Below are positions 24,801 to 32,230 of a stretch of DNA of 64,000 bases, in pieces. The DNA lies in IMG/VR virus record IMGVR_UViG_3300023178_000006. One strand, written 5' to 3'. Made by a program: the position numbers and the translations under genes. Source of the stretch: a virus. Taxonomy: Duplodnaviria > Caudoviricetes. Every line of letters begins with the position of its first letter. Position 1 is the first letter of the stretch. Under the pieces are notes generated by a model. It searched no databases. It saw nothing but the letters and a program-made list of their open reading frames with translations, and was not told the DNA's origin.

Positions 24801-26224
24801 ACTGGGGTGTAAGACTTAACCCAGGCAATTCATATACTGAGATTTATAACATCACATATATGAATGATGCAAGAGCTAATATTTACTATGATAGAGGCAA
24901 TACTGGTTACTATGCTAATCCAGCTGGTACTTCATTATTCAATGAAAACAGAAACAACCAAACACACTTTGGTAGAGATTCAAGGTCTGGTTATGGTGGT
25001 CAATACGGAACATACAGCTCATACTTCAAGCGTATGGCCTATATGTCATTCGACTGGAATGCTAACTATGATTATTACTACTATCACGGTCTTGCTTCAA
25101 CAGACATTAATGGTTCGTTCACAGATTCGATGTCACTTAACTCGTTTAATGACATTAACTTAAGACTTGACTCGAATAATAATAACGGAAACTCTTACGT
25201 ACGTATTCACGATAATGGTTATACCAATGCACAAAACGTAGCATATATCGGTAGAGAAGGTGGAAACGCAATCGCATACTTCTATAACAGAGTATATGGT
25301 GCAATCTTCTATGATAGTAATGATGGTGGATATTACTTAGACTTAAACAGCACATCAAACTCAGCACAGAGAATGAGAGGTGGTGTACTCCACGGACCTA
25401 ACCCAACTTGGGGTAGATACTTATATGTTGGTGGTAATGGTCACTGGACAAGTTCATACGCATCGGTTGCAACAACTAACGGTAACCTTCACTTAGATTG
25501 TCAAGGTGGACGTAGTACATATATTAACTGGTACGTTGGTGGAACAACTTACATTAATGGTACACTACAAGTTAACTTCATCTATGATAGAGATAATACT
25601 GGTTATTATGTAAATCCAGCAAGTACTTCGAGGTTTAATGCAATAGAAGTATTTGGAAATGCTGCTTACATAAGAGGTAGCTCACCTACACTATACTTTA
25701 GAGATACAAACCATCGTTCAGCGATGATACACAACAACTCGAACTTATTGTATATTCTTAGAGGTTCTGGTAATGATAGTACATCTTGGTCTTCATACGC
25801 TGGATACTGGCCTGTATATTGGAACTTAGGAAATAACGATGCGACATTCGGTGGTTCTATCTGGGCACGTACTAACATCACTGCATACTCTGATGAAAGA
25901 TTAAAAGAGAATGTAGAAACAATTGATGGTGCTCTTGATAAAGTTCTAAACTTACGTGGTGTTTACTACAACTGGAAGTCAGATGAAGAGAAGACAAGAA
26001 AAGTTGGTGTAGTAGCTCAGGAAGTAGAACCAGTATTACCTGAAGTTGTTATGCTTCACCAAGATGCCGAAGATAAAGAAGGTACTCTTGCGGTTGATTA
26101 TGGAAATATAACAGCAGTTCTTATTGAAGCCGTTAAGGAACAACAAGAACTAATAAATAACCAGAAAGAAGAAATCAGCGAACTTAAAGAGATGGTTTCT
26201 GCATTGATGGATAAACTTAACTAA
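15896..26224 (+). CDS. Giant long tail fibre/adhesin, about 3440 aa, with a C-terminal peptidase S74 chaperone
   Basis: The ATG at 15896 follows a GGGAGAG RBS (ORF track starts at GTG 15887). About 25 (Y/F)YD.NNT.YY..P/F.S.S repeats by my count; C-terminal YSDERLKENV...GVVAQEVE..LPEVV...YGNITAVLIEAVKEQQ. Confidence 0.85.
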   Translation: MANDKKFIVKNGLLTPENAVIGTTTDNGVDQLQVTGTTNLSGEASISSNTASSATLDVHNFLGAGSSTIVATFRGDSDALQVKNIGTGDYSIVNTQQNNGIIFYDSTPGVVIQYNGSDRLNIDSTGNHFTGLSTTDIDGNRIITTADEGPGNGFDADTVDGLEAASFLRSDADDTGTGNYIFTKDLTVNQNVQIDGDLTVSGNTTYVDTETILLSDNIITLNANHSGAPTQNAGWEVNRGSSANSGVLWDETNDWFKLNSAGNDLGRIITTADEGPGNGFDADTVDGLEGAQFLRSDVDDTANGVITFANSSTIFGDGTGAVTITYDVSGNNRQIYVNAGVWGILNQTAGFGMSLDSNDDLYINRDIRANRHITADDNITSTAGNIEATAGSVTAGTTVNAGTNVVAGGTVTGTQFIDADDSGYYLNPNDTSILQTVGIDDNLIHNGNQDTRLAFTTDTIKLDTDGTTRLTANNTGVHIDNLNVGTLIADSGSFNTEVESPIYYDKDDRNYYGDFAGDSQMNTIDIDDYVRHRGDTNTYFGFNGNDQAVIYTGGTEALFANNTIVRTTRTLQVSKFQDADDPSYEVDPAGTSIMNTIGIDDYIFHNGDTDTYFGFNANDNYQIFTGGTQRLEVNGTFITGAVDGFFPNLYAARYYDSGNATYYGDFASTSRVNDISLVGQIIHDGDTDTYLDFNGADSFQVVTGGSQRLLVNNTYVLANNQMRSPIYYDNNDTAYYGDFASTSQMNRIDINDYIRHRGDTNTFMGFDANDSITFQTGGAERVNITDANTTFYQPITVQGDVIGDRFVDRQSNSYYVNPADTAVSGTFAGGLRIGNISDYANWDDNSGNGGIGIAGHGAIAAGQNPTITVSGNYSGGYALLYLNRIDPTTNPTNNGQRYIHFYHDGTSGGSIRGDSFGNLYNVNNAGSTWGFWTSGYTETLIADDSGNVMVQAGSSPTYTDGGDNTALTTTPSNPVLHVGGSIYLNGNDDGIIFGRGTASFLKDEELAFGWGGGWYMQDGTYLRVRNNKTIYSTGDAWFNRVYAQQNQAYYLDPDGDSQLNTVDIDDYIRHRGDTNTYIGFAANDTFRVWTNGNQRLNIDNDSADFSINVYAPRYYDSNDNAFYADPAGTSIFRRLNVYSGETTGELNVGRGSTQRFRHYITDGIGYIQYWQDETDGTDHSVRFEILSSSSGANIFQFNRPIVLTSNQTVTASKFIDSDDTRYYLDPNATGNPGNISGVFNGAVSFGLPGNGTANNAEAQKGRWLSIEGNADTSGEGSSRIFFTEHNSTTGSMSAYGMSLGYRGGSTSIVGADGNTWTGLGQISNGQWGLWGHDGNATGQWAMRGPRSGSFVQASGSFRAPIFYDSNNTNFYVDPNSSSRMDTIVLNDGVTLRSPNGDYGSFAIDGAARNGWEGFSIGDRMVFMHDNSNTVGVYNDVDNEWIWYAERNSYMRLMYNGGEQARTDNGYFRANNQLRTPIFYDLNNTAFYVDPNSTSNIQNLIVNGTFTQGGYEQNNPVESRWYQQGTYSYSTSQTPNTQYYWIPVGVTNNGGAKGFLEYYAKDDVNYSGNVIGRIVISSWNNSSISIDHHTTGPLNSAVPKVRVDNNNRIWMQMDGITWDSYVRWHWVAISGITIEDGSARQLTTPANSIEILTGQQVRATLGNVTGASVTNTRHHFGEIEVRGQTRSPIYYDLDNTGYFGDFASRSRFNTLELGNQGALTSSTSYPLGIYHNNRYLIGFRNSGADANYPWLVHDNVNGKSAFIIHFNGKGDRFYVDEDGDTVFSGDITADEMFARRFVDTDNNSYFVDPASNSFMASITLQQNTVGQAYAGVATQPTYYIGQQRGDNDAWKIYGESPGGTNTGNLILQSEDDYDSNESIRFRFKRTYGAYDTNDVLQAFYNYVYSPSSFRSPIFYDSNNTAYYANPASQSHFNTLTLQGNRLGFVNSSFDAEIRVSDNNPDGTGATFEFWGDQVQYNAEVASEVFRATRHMRAPIYYDGNDANFYLDPNSISILNDVRASIFYDRDNTNYYVNPAGTSVTNVMRAQRFAHVDDVSQNDVFGLYFSANQSDAYAIYREGGAWTNPYPDLRIAFHTGIKFGANASYQGMRFYTDYNMVTQVMSVNNSSDPLGGGNVYVNNNLQAGSSLRAPIFYDSNNTNFYANPLGTSRFQVLQMVPTAGYNSTGGTPATVRLGDETNNTNATLQESRRPDITLRGQYPQLNIMSSRINNGTHGPTLRFVAYDSANASSGNFKHWVIGTSGTNATSLHFGYSPNQSNPHYGIGQGWSSGNNVSIFWIQNDRNVYAENDMRARRFVDRDNTSYFTHPADRSDLYDLRLRSNYVRTYYHSGSNFVNGTLVRTSIPATATNGASYVLEATGKSYSGDAPFSFIAQGYLYANTIINHSGQHFGKAGFTTMRAFENGGVLCFWWPRVSYWNSFAVHVRNANGDDRNLVTSVSNSSLPSYSKGVTTTMRTTAVYNTNINTGDMYATRYYDSNNTAYYGDFASTSRMNEVSVNRTNHLGGAPAYFYTSSGNLRGYIRATESNDSHFEFATSGGEDFIFRDGGFGGSWNQIIRGNGHVLVSSRFDTPIMYDRNNTGYYVNPAGASQFSSVYANDWFRPQGGTGVYWQDYGYGIRSAGGEGNPYGNIATYNTGRNGWSGYGIGTRWTLMSTEGNNWGMHDNSRGWNYYYNGSYHRFYYGYVYSSESFRAPIFYDLDNTGYYGNFAGDTNWQGLTARGQAMIGLPGHTRSGAISNYGRRPNITGDSNYWTGSKGWGRVNMNTVGDWGSGFFDSWSNPPNQPSGTSHWVGVQAYHYTNGSARYGWQLAGGPIANLRFRNTWSGFSSWKTVPMLDVNSSNGGSMYAGRYYDSNNTGYYGDFASTSRMNVIDINEGYNYGWWRNRNAGQGLYNQSTGRHFYSPGSTYWHLDGASGSGGLIIYDRYNGSQGSSTGRRGYLYYNSSGFGLLNSSGNWGVRLNPGNSYTEIYNITYMNDARANIYYDRGNTGYYANPAGTSLFNENRNNQTHFGRDSRSGYGGQYGTYSSYFKRMAYMSFDWNANYDYYYYHGLASTDINGSFTDSMSLNSFNDINLRLDSNNNNGNSYVRIHDNGYTNAQNVAYIGREGGNAIAYFYNRVYGAIFYDSNDGGYYLDLNSTSNSAQRMRGGVLHGPNPTWGRYLYVGGNGHWTSSYASVATTNGNLHLDCQGGRSTYINWYVGGTTYINGTLQVNFIYDRDNTGYYVNPASTSRFNAIEVFGNAAYIRGSSPTLYFRDTNHRSAMIHNNSNLLYILRGSGNDSTSWSSYAGYWPVYWNLGNNDATFGGSIWARTNITAYSDERLKENVETIDGALDKVLNLRGVYYNWKSDEEKTRKVGVVAQEVEPVLPEVVMLHQDAEDKEGTLAVDYGNITAVLIEAVKEQQELINNQKEEISELKEMVSALMDKLN

Positions 26225-26229
26225 ACTAG

Positions 26230-26258
26230 TTGACATTACAAGATACTTGTGATATAAT
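26230..26258 (+). promoter_or_regulatory. Sigma70-type promoter (TTGACA-17-TATAAT, extended -10)
   Basis: TTGACA 26230-26235, 17-nt spacer, TGaTATAAT ending 26258. Confidence 0.75.
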
Positions 26259-26272
26259 TAGTTGGTTATTAA

Positions 26273-26280
26273 TATAAATA
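26273..26280 (+). promoter_or_regulatory. T4-type late promoter TATAAATA
   Basis: Exact consensus upstream of the ATG at 26312. Confidence 0.7.
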
Positions 26281-26311
26281 ATATAGTAATTTAAATTACG
26301 GAGAAAATAAA

Positions 26312-26740
26312 ATGGCACTTACATACGAATGGAAAGTCACCGGTGTTAGAAAAACTGACACTGTGAATAGTGAAGGCGCTTCTTTAGAAGGTGCAGTTGT
26401 TCAAACATATTGGGAAGTCCACGGAACTGATGAGAATGGTAACAAAGCTCATTTTTCTGGTGCAACTCCTTTCAGTGCAGCAAACACACCTGCGGGTTCA
26501 TTTGTTGCTTTTGAGGATTTGACTGAAGAAACCGTTCTTAGTTGGATTAAAGCAGTAGTTGAAAACGACCAACCTTATAAAGAACATATCGACGAACGTA
26601 TTCTTTACCAAATTGGTCAAGATGCAGTACAAGATGCACCTATGCCTTGGGCTCCAGAAGATGACCCATTAGTGGCATCGGTCCCAGCAGAAAGTGAAAC
26701 TGTCGAATTAGCCAACACAGACCCAACTGACTCTGAGTAA
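26312..26740 (+). CDS. Small fibre-associated protein (TYEWK family), possible assembly chaperone
   Basis: TYEWKV...F.AFE.LTEE.VL.WI motif; lies directly after the giant fibre gene. Confidence 0.55.
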   Translation: MALTYEWKVTGVRKTDTVNSEGASLEGAVVQTYWEVHGTDENGNKAHFSGATPFSAANTPAGSFVAFEDLTEETVLSWIKAVVENDQPYKEHIDERILYQIGQDAVQDAPMPWAPEDDPLVASVPAESETVELANTDPTDSE

Positions 26741-26756
26741 TCCCAGGAGATAAGCA

Positions 26757-27089
26757 ATGACTTACACCTGGGAAATACTCTGGCTCGATACGAAAGACGT
26801 TGTTGACCCCAACGGGGTTACGCTGTCGAAAGCAGTTTTAGAAGTTCAATTCAAGAGAGTCGGAACAGATGATGATAGCAATAGATTTGCTATAGGCGGT
26901 GTTGCAGCTTTAAATACTGACGCTTTAGAATCATCTTCATTTATCGCATTTGAATCACTCACAGAAGAACAAGTTCTTAATTGGGTAACAGCTGAAATAG
27001 GTCAAAATAACGTTGATGATTTTGATGCTAGGATTTTAGCTAAGAAAGAAAGATACGGTAAAGTAATGACCGAGGTTCCTTGGTCTTAA
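26757..27089 (+). CDS. Paralog of the 26312 protein
   Basis: Shares TY.W.I and FIAFESLTEEQVLNWV motifs with the upstream ORF; GGAG RBS. Confidence 0.6.
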   Translation: MTYTWEILWLDTKDVVDPNGVTLSKAVLEVQFKRVGTDDDSNRFAIGGVAALNTDALESSSFIAFESLTEEQVLNWVTAEIGQNNVDDFDARILAKKERYGKVMTEVPWS

Positions 27090-27106
27090 AAAATCATAAA
27101 TAATAG

Positions 27107-27135
27107 TTGACATTTACATAAAACTGTGTTATAAT
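27107..27135 (+). promoter_or_regulatory. Sigma70-type promoter (TTGACA-17-TATAAT, extended -10)
   Basis: TTGACA 27107-27112, TGtTATAAT ending 27135, upstream of the glycan module. Confidence 0.75.
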
Positions 27136-27173
27136 AACACGTAGAATAGAATGATTTACATCATGGAGAAAAT

Positions 27174-28214
27174 ATGCATGATTTGCGCCGTCACGGTTTA
27201 GTACATTGGGCACTTAAAAGAGGTGCCTCAATTAAACCTATAATCCTACCAAAAGAGCTTACTGGCGAAACAGGAATTATGAATCCCTCTATATTCATAC
27301 ATAGAGGGAAAATTTTATTAAACGTTCGTCACGTAAACTATACACTATACCACTCAGAAGGTAAAAAGTTCCCGCATACTTGGGGACCACTTCAATATAT
27401 TCACCCAGAAAACGATGTATCTTTAACAACACACAATATTATGTGTGAGCTTGATACTGACTTTAATGTGATTCCTACTTCACCTCATCGTATTAAAATG
27501 AATTTAGATACTGGTGAACCTACATGGAATTTTATCGGACTTGAAGATGGAAGATTATTTTCATGGGAAGATAGATTATTCTTATGTGGTGTAAGAAGAG
27601 ATTGTTATGATGACCAAGGTACTGGTCGAATGGATATGGCTGAAATAGAATTTATAGATGGTATATGGCAAGAAGTATCTCGTAATCCCGTTCCAGCTCC
27701 TCCACCAGACAAAACATTCTGTGAAAAGAACTGGATGCCAATTGTTGATATGCCTTGGCACTTTGTGAAATGGTGTAATCCAACTGAAGTTGTAAAATAT
27801 GATATTGATACGAGAACAACTGAAACAGTTCATCTTGACGAGACAAAAAGAATTGACATAAAACGTGATTTACGTGGTGGTACTCAAGTGTATCCTATTG
27901 GTGATGGAAGGCATATGTGTCTTACTCACGAAGTTGATTTAGGTAAAGATATTTTTGCAAGAAAAGACGGACATTATAACCATAGAGTAATCATTTGGGA
28001 TAAAGATTGGAATATTATTAAGTATACTGATGACTTTCACTTCTTAGGGACTCAGAAGGACCCTACGACAGGTTACGATTACAATATTGAATTTGCTACG
28101 GGTATGACCTTTCTAAATGGAGAAGTTATTATCGTATTTGGATACCAAGATAACGGAACGTTCTTATTAAGAATGCCGGATAAACTTTGGTGGGAATTTG
28201 TACAGAGAGGATAA
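27174..28214 (+). CDS. Glycoside-hydrolase-like beta-propeller protein
   Basis: NPSI, GLED.RL, EKNWMP, LRGGT and IEFA.G motifs of the five-bladed propeller glycosidase/phosphorylase-like proteins often found next to phage glycosyltransferases. Confidence 0.65.
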   Translation: MHDLRRHGLVHWALKRGASIKPIILPKELTGETGIMNPSIFIHRGKILLNVRHVNYTLYHSEGKKFPHTWGPLQYIHPENDVSLTTHNIMCELDTDFNVIPTSPHRIKMNLDTGEPTWNFIGLEDGRLFSWEDRLFLCGVRRDCYDDQGTGRMDMAEIEFIDGIWQEVSRNPVPAPPPDKTFCEKNWMPIVDMPWHFVKWCNPTEVVKYDIDTRTTETVHLDETKRIDIKRDLRGGTQVYPIGDGRHMCLTHEVDLGKDIFARKDGHYNHRVIIWDKDWNIIKYTDDFHFLGTQKDPTTGYDYNIEFATGMTFLNGEVIIVFGYQDNGTFLLRMPDKLWWEFVQRG

Positions 28215-28215
28215 G

Positions 28216-29463
28216 ATGCACCAATTACAAGAACTATTAGAAACTCATATACTGGACCCAAAAAATCCAGAGAAATTATTTGAGTTAGCGAAAGAATACG
28301 ATAGATTAGGTCAAGGTGCTATGTCAGTATCTTTGTTTCTTAAGACTGCTGATTTAACAGAAGATAGATTATTACAATATAAATGTCTATGTGGAATTGG
28401 TTTATCTTATGAGAGACAAGGAGGAAGAACATTTACTGTTGAAGGTGCTTTCTTAGATGCAGCTGCTTTAATGCCAGACAGACCAGAAGCTCATTACTTT
28501 TTAGCAAGGATGTATTCTGAACAATCACGACATAAACATTCTTTATATCATTCAAATGCTGGACTTAAAGCTGAAACAGTATTACCTAAACTTGATTATA
28601 TTGGTGACCAATATCCTGGAAGAACCTATATGGCTTTTTATAATACTATTGCAACATGGTATATTGCTGGTCAACAAACTGGAAAGCATAAACTCTTTGA
28701 TTTAAAATATAAAGTTTGGACTGATGATTTTGTTTCTGGAAAGGTAGATAAGATGTTAAGTCAAATATTCTATCCAGATACTATTCCTTATAAAAAGCAT
28801 GATGAACCTAGATTTAAATATCCTTTCCCAGGCTTGCAAGGCGTAATGAGAAATTATTCTAAACACTTTCAAGACCTTTTTGTACTTACTGCTTTTAAAG
28901 GAAAGAGAAATGGTACTTATTTAGAGATTGGTTCAGGTGAACCTATTACACATAACAATACATACTTACTAGAATCTGGATTTGGTTGGAAAGGTATTTC
29001 AATCGATAATGACCCAGGATTGTGTTGTGCTTTTAAAGAAGAAAGAAATAATACAGTAATTTGTGCTGATGCTACAGACATAGGTTTTGAAGACTTATTT
29101 GCAAAACACTGTATTGACCCAGTTATAGATTATTTACAAGTTGATTGTGATGATGTTTCATTACAGATATTAGAAAATATTCCTTTCGATAAACATAAAT
29201 TTGGAGTGATTACATTTGAACATGACGCTTATAGATTAGGAAATGATAACAGAGATAGAGCTCGTGAATTACTAAAGGAGCATGGATATGTTCTAGTAGT
29301 AAGTGATTTAGGATTCCATCCCGAACATGCCTATGAAGATTGGTATATTCACCCAGCCGTTGTAGAGTTTCCTAGAGCAATGGCAACCCCTCAAGATAGA
29401 ATAAATTTTGTGTGGGATTATTTTATGGAACCTTTAACAGAGGAGAATAGTTTAGAGATATGA
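28216..29463 (+). CDS. TPR-repeat protein fused to a FkbM-like SAM-dependent methyltransferase domain
   Basis: N-terminal helical repeats (PDRPEAHYFLARMY); C-terminal DLFVL...NGTYLEIGS....NNTYLLE..FGWKGISID...IDYLQVD...FGVITFEHD. ATG at 28216 follows GAGG. Confidence 0.65.
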   Translation: MHQLQELLETHILDPKNPEKLFELAKEYDRLGQGAMSVSLFLKTADLTEDRLLQYKCLCGIGLSYERQGGRTFTVEGAFLDAAALMPDRPEAHYFLARMYSEQSRHKHSLYHSNAGLKAETVLPKLDYIGDQYPGRTYMAFYNTIATWYIAGQQTGKHKLFDLKYKVWTDDFVSGKVDKMLSQIFYPDTIPYKKHDEPRFKYPFPGLQGVMRNYSKHFQDLFVLTAFKGKRNGTYLEIGSGEPITHNNTYLLESGFGWKGISIDNDPGLCCAFKEERNNTVICADATDIGFEDLFAKHCIDPVIDYLQVDCDDVSLQILENIPFDKHKFGVITFEHDAYRLGNDNRDRARELLKEHGYVLVVSDLGFHPEHAYEDWYIHPAVVEFPRAMATPQDRINFVWDYFMEPLTEENSLEI

Positions 29464-30212
29464 TTACAGTGATAGTGACAGGTGGATTTGACCCAATACA
29501 TTCGGGCCATGTTGCTTATTTAAAAGATGCATCATGTTATGGTACACGTTTAGTTGTAGGTGTAAATTCAGATGATTGGTTAAGAAGAAAGAAAGGAAGA
29601 GAGTTCATGCCTTGGGAAGAACGCTCTGAAATTATAAAAGGATTAGCAAGTGTAGATGAAGTAATCGCATTTGATGATTCAGATGGCACAGCAATTGATG
29701 CTATCAAACAAGTTAAAGAAAAATATCCTAACGATAAGATTATATTCGCTAATGGTGGTGATAGAACAAAAGATAACATACCAGAAATGGTGTTCGATGA
29801 TGTTGTCTTTGAATTTGGTGTAGGTGGTGAAGATAAAAAGAACTCAAGTAGTTGGATTCTTAAAGAATGGTCTCAACCTACAGTACAAAGAGCATGGGGA
29901 ACATATACTGTTTTAGATACAAATGGTTCATGGCAAGTTAAAGAACTCGCATTTGACGTAGGAAATAGTCTTAGTGACCAAAGACACTTCGATAGGTCAG
30001 AACACTGGCATGTCGTACAAGGTGAAATTGAAATGAGATTAGAATTTGCTAATGGCGATAAAGAAATTAAAACATATCGTAAAGGTCAAAGTATAGATAT
30101 TCCAGTAAATACGTGGCATAAAGCAATCAATGTAGGTACAGAAACTGCTAAAGTAATTGAAGTTTGGTTAGGAGATAATCTTACAGAAGATGACATCGAA
30201 CGTCGTGATTAG
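29460..30212 (+). CDS. Cytidylyltransferase-like nucleotidyltransferase fused to a cupin (mannose-6-phosphate isomerase C-terminal-like) domain
   Basis: TGGFDPIHSGH (HIGH motif), VGVNSD.WL.RKKG, FANGGDR; C-terminal RAWG.Y..L...SLSDQRHFDRSEHWHVV.G cupin. Confidence 0.85.
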   Translation: MITVIVTGGFDPIHSGHVAYLKDASCYGTRLVVGVNSDDWLRRKKGREFMPWEERSEIIKGLASVDEVIAFDDSDGTAIDAIKQVKEKYPNDKIIFANGGDRTKDNIPEMVFDDVVFEFGVGGEDKKNSSSWILKEWSQPTVQRAWGTYTVLDTNGSWQVKELAFDVGNSLSDQRHFDRSEHWHVVQGEIEMRLEFANGDKEIKTYRKGQSIDIPVNTWHKAINVGTETAKVIEVWLGDNLTEDDIERRD

Positions 30213-30220
30213 TATAAATA
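30213..30220 (+). promoter_or_regulatory. T4-type late promoter TATAAATA
   Basis: Exact consensus upstream of 30268. Confidence 0.75.
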
Positions 30221-30267
30221 GACTTATATAAAATTAAGTTTAACACGCTAATAGTCAGGAGACGAAG

Positions 30268-31215
30268 ATGGCGATTAAAGTCGGCGGTACTACTATTATT
30301 GATAATAGTAGAAACATATCAAATTTAGAAGGTTTTTCAGGCTCGTTCGGAGACTTTAGACCTGAACATTCAGATTTAGGCAATATAACAGGAACTGCAA
30401 CACTAGATTTTTCTGGTGCTCGTGTTAGTAAAGCCACTATGACTGGGGATACAACATTCTCAGAATCAAACAAAATAATTGGTAGAGATAAAGTACTTTA
30501 TATCGATACCAGCGCATCTAGTTATACACCAACATTTTCATCTAACGTAGAATTTCCTAATGGTACACCAACGTGGTCTGGTTATAGACACTGGGTAATA
30601 TCATTTATATGCTGGGGTAACACAGTTGTAAGAGCAACAGCACTAGGTTTTACAGATGCTGGTACACCACAGTCAAACGTTCCGCAACAATTCCTATTAG
30701 ATTCTAATTTTGAAACTTTTAATTTCTTTTCATCCCCAAATTACGCAGAATGTTGGTGCGCAGTAGATTTCGAAAGAGATGATGTAAACAACAGAATTAA
30801 AATAGGAGCTTGGAGTGGTGATTCAAGTGCTATGTCATCAACACAATATACGTACTTAAATTATACTGGGTTAACTGGAATTGATGCTACTACGGGAGTT
30901 CAAGTACAATATAATGTACAATCACAGTCATGTGGTGGTTCTGAATGTAATGCTAACCAATATAGTTTTGGACCAACTCCAGTGAGTGACGGATACAATT
31001 CTGGTACTTATTATAACATGTCAGGATACGTAAGATTTGGTTGGTCTGCGATGGCATTAAATGATGGTGACGACACATACGTATCGGGGAATATGCAATC
31101 AGCAAACCCAGATTTAAGAATTAAAATTGTTGCTAATGAAGGAACTTTCTATTCAACTTGTGAAATGGGAAATATTACTTTGCGAGCTCAAAATGCTGAC
31201 CAACCTACAAAATAG
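30268..31215 (+). CDS. Short fibre-tip-like protein, paralog 1
   Basis: MAIKV start and a conserved ~125-aa module (T.F.ESN...L.LD......PTFSSNV.F....PTW....HW.I.F......VRA.A.G) shared with 31225 and 32230. Confidence 0.55.
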   Translation: MAIKVGGTTIIDNSRNISNLEGFSGSFGDFRPEHSDLGNITGTATLDFSGARVSKATMTGDTTFSESNKIIGRDKVLYIDTSASSYTPTFSSNVEFPNGTPTWSGYRHWVISFICWGNTVVRATALGFTDAGTPQSNVPQQFLLDSNFETFNFFSSPNYAECWCAVDFERDDVNNRIKIGAWSGDSSAMSSTQYTYLNYTGLTGIDATTGVQVQYNVQSQSCGGSECNANQYSFGPTPVSDGYNSGTYYNMSGYVRFGWSAMALNDGDDTYVSGNMQSANPDLRIKIVANEGTFYSTCEMGNITLRAQNADQPTK

Positions 31216-31224
31216 GATATTAAT

Positions 31225-32031
31225 ATGGCAATTAAAGTAGACACAGTAGAAGTATTATCAAACGGATATGCATTAAGTAATATTGTTAATGCTACTGGAG
31301 TATACAGTGATTTATTTCCAGATGGACAAGCTATTGGAACTACTATCGACATGGATGTACCTCTACAAACAAAGGTACTAGGTGCAGCAACTACATTTAC
31401 ATTTTCAAATATTGCAACAGGAAAACAATGTGTATTACTTTTAGATTTAAGTTCTGATGGGTATGCACCTACTTTTCCTTCGGGGACAGGGTGGCCAGAA
31501 GAAACTGAACCTTCTTGGACAGGAACAAGATATTGGCAAGTTTGTTTTACTGCATGGGATAACACAACTGTAAGAGCGATTGCAACAGGATATTCGGGTG
31601 CTGGAACAAATGCGGCAAATGTTGATTTAGGAGCTAACTTTACCTCATATGTAAGTGCTTCAGGTCAATTCGCAGAAGCAGTATGTAGATTTAATATGAA
31701 CAATGATGGTACTATGAACACTAACAGTAGTGGTAGTACTGGTAGCGGTGGTTCTTCTGGATTAATAAGTAGGACGTGGTTAGCTTCAGGAAGTGCTTCA
31801 GATTATGACATTAAGTGGGACGGAACAGGCGCTACAAGTAAATTAACAACGAATCCTGGACTTGGAACCTGGTTAAATTTAGGTACTACGAGAACTTGGG
31901 TAATAGAAGATGATGATATAGGTGAAGGAAATGTTCACTCAGTTTCAGGTACTCTTTCAATTAGAGACGCTACAACCCAATCTGTTATAGACACATGTAC
32001 TGCGACATTAAGCGTCGATGCACTATTTTAA
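31225..32031 (+). CDS. Short fibre-tip-like protein, paralog 2
   Basis: Same N-terminal module; Gly/Ser/Thr-rich divergent C-terminus. Confidence 0.55.
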   Translation: MAIKVDTVEVLSNGYALSNIVNATGVYSDLFPDGQAIGTTIDMDVPLQTKVLGAATTFTFSNIATGKQCVLLLDLSSDGYAPTFPSGTGWPEETEPSWTGTRYWQVCFTAWDNTTVRAIATGYSGAGTNAANVDLGANFTSYVSASGQFAEAVCRFNMNNDGTMNTNSSGSTGSGGSSGLISRTWLASGSASDYDIKWDGTGATSKLTTNPGLGTWLNLGTTRTWVIEDDDIGEGNVHSVSGTLSIRDATTQSVIDTCTATLSVDALF

Positions 32032-32041
32032 GGAATAAAGA

Positions 32042-32230
32042 ATGGATATACCAACACCAAAACACGACGTAATACAACAAGGCGGAGTGGTTATAAGGCA
32101 ATTCTATACAAAGAATGCTAATAACGAGATTATTGAAGTATTCAAAACAATGCCTTATCATGCAAATAACGAACTAGATACTGCAGAGTGTCAGAATTTT
32201 ATTACAAATGTATTAAGAGGAAGTGAATAA
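32042..32230 (+). CDS. Hypothetical protein, 62 aa
   Basis: AGGA RBS; its stop overlaps the next start (TAATG). Confidence 0.55.
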   Translation: MDIPTPKHDVIQQGGVVIRQFYTKNANNEIIEVFKTMPYHANNELDTAECQNFITNVLRGSE

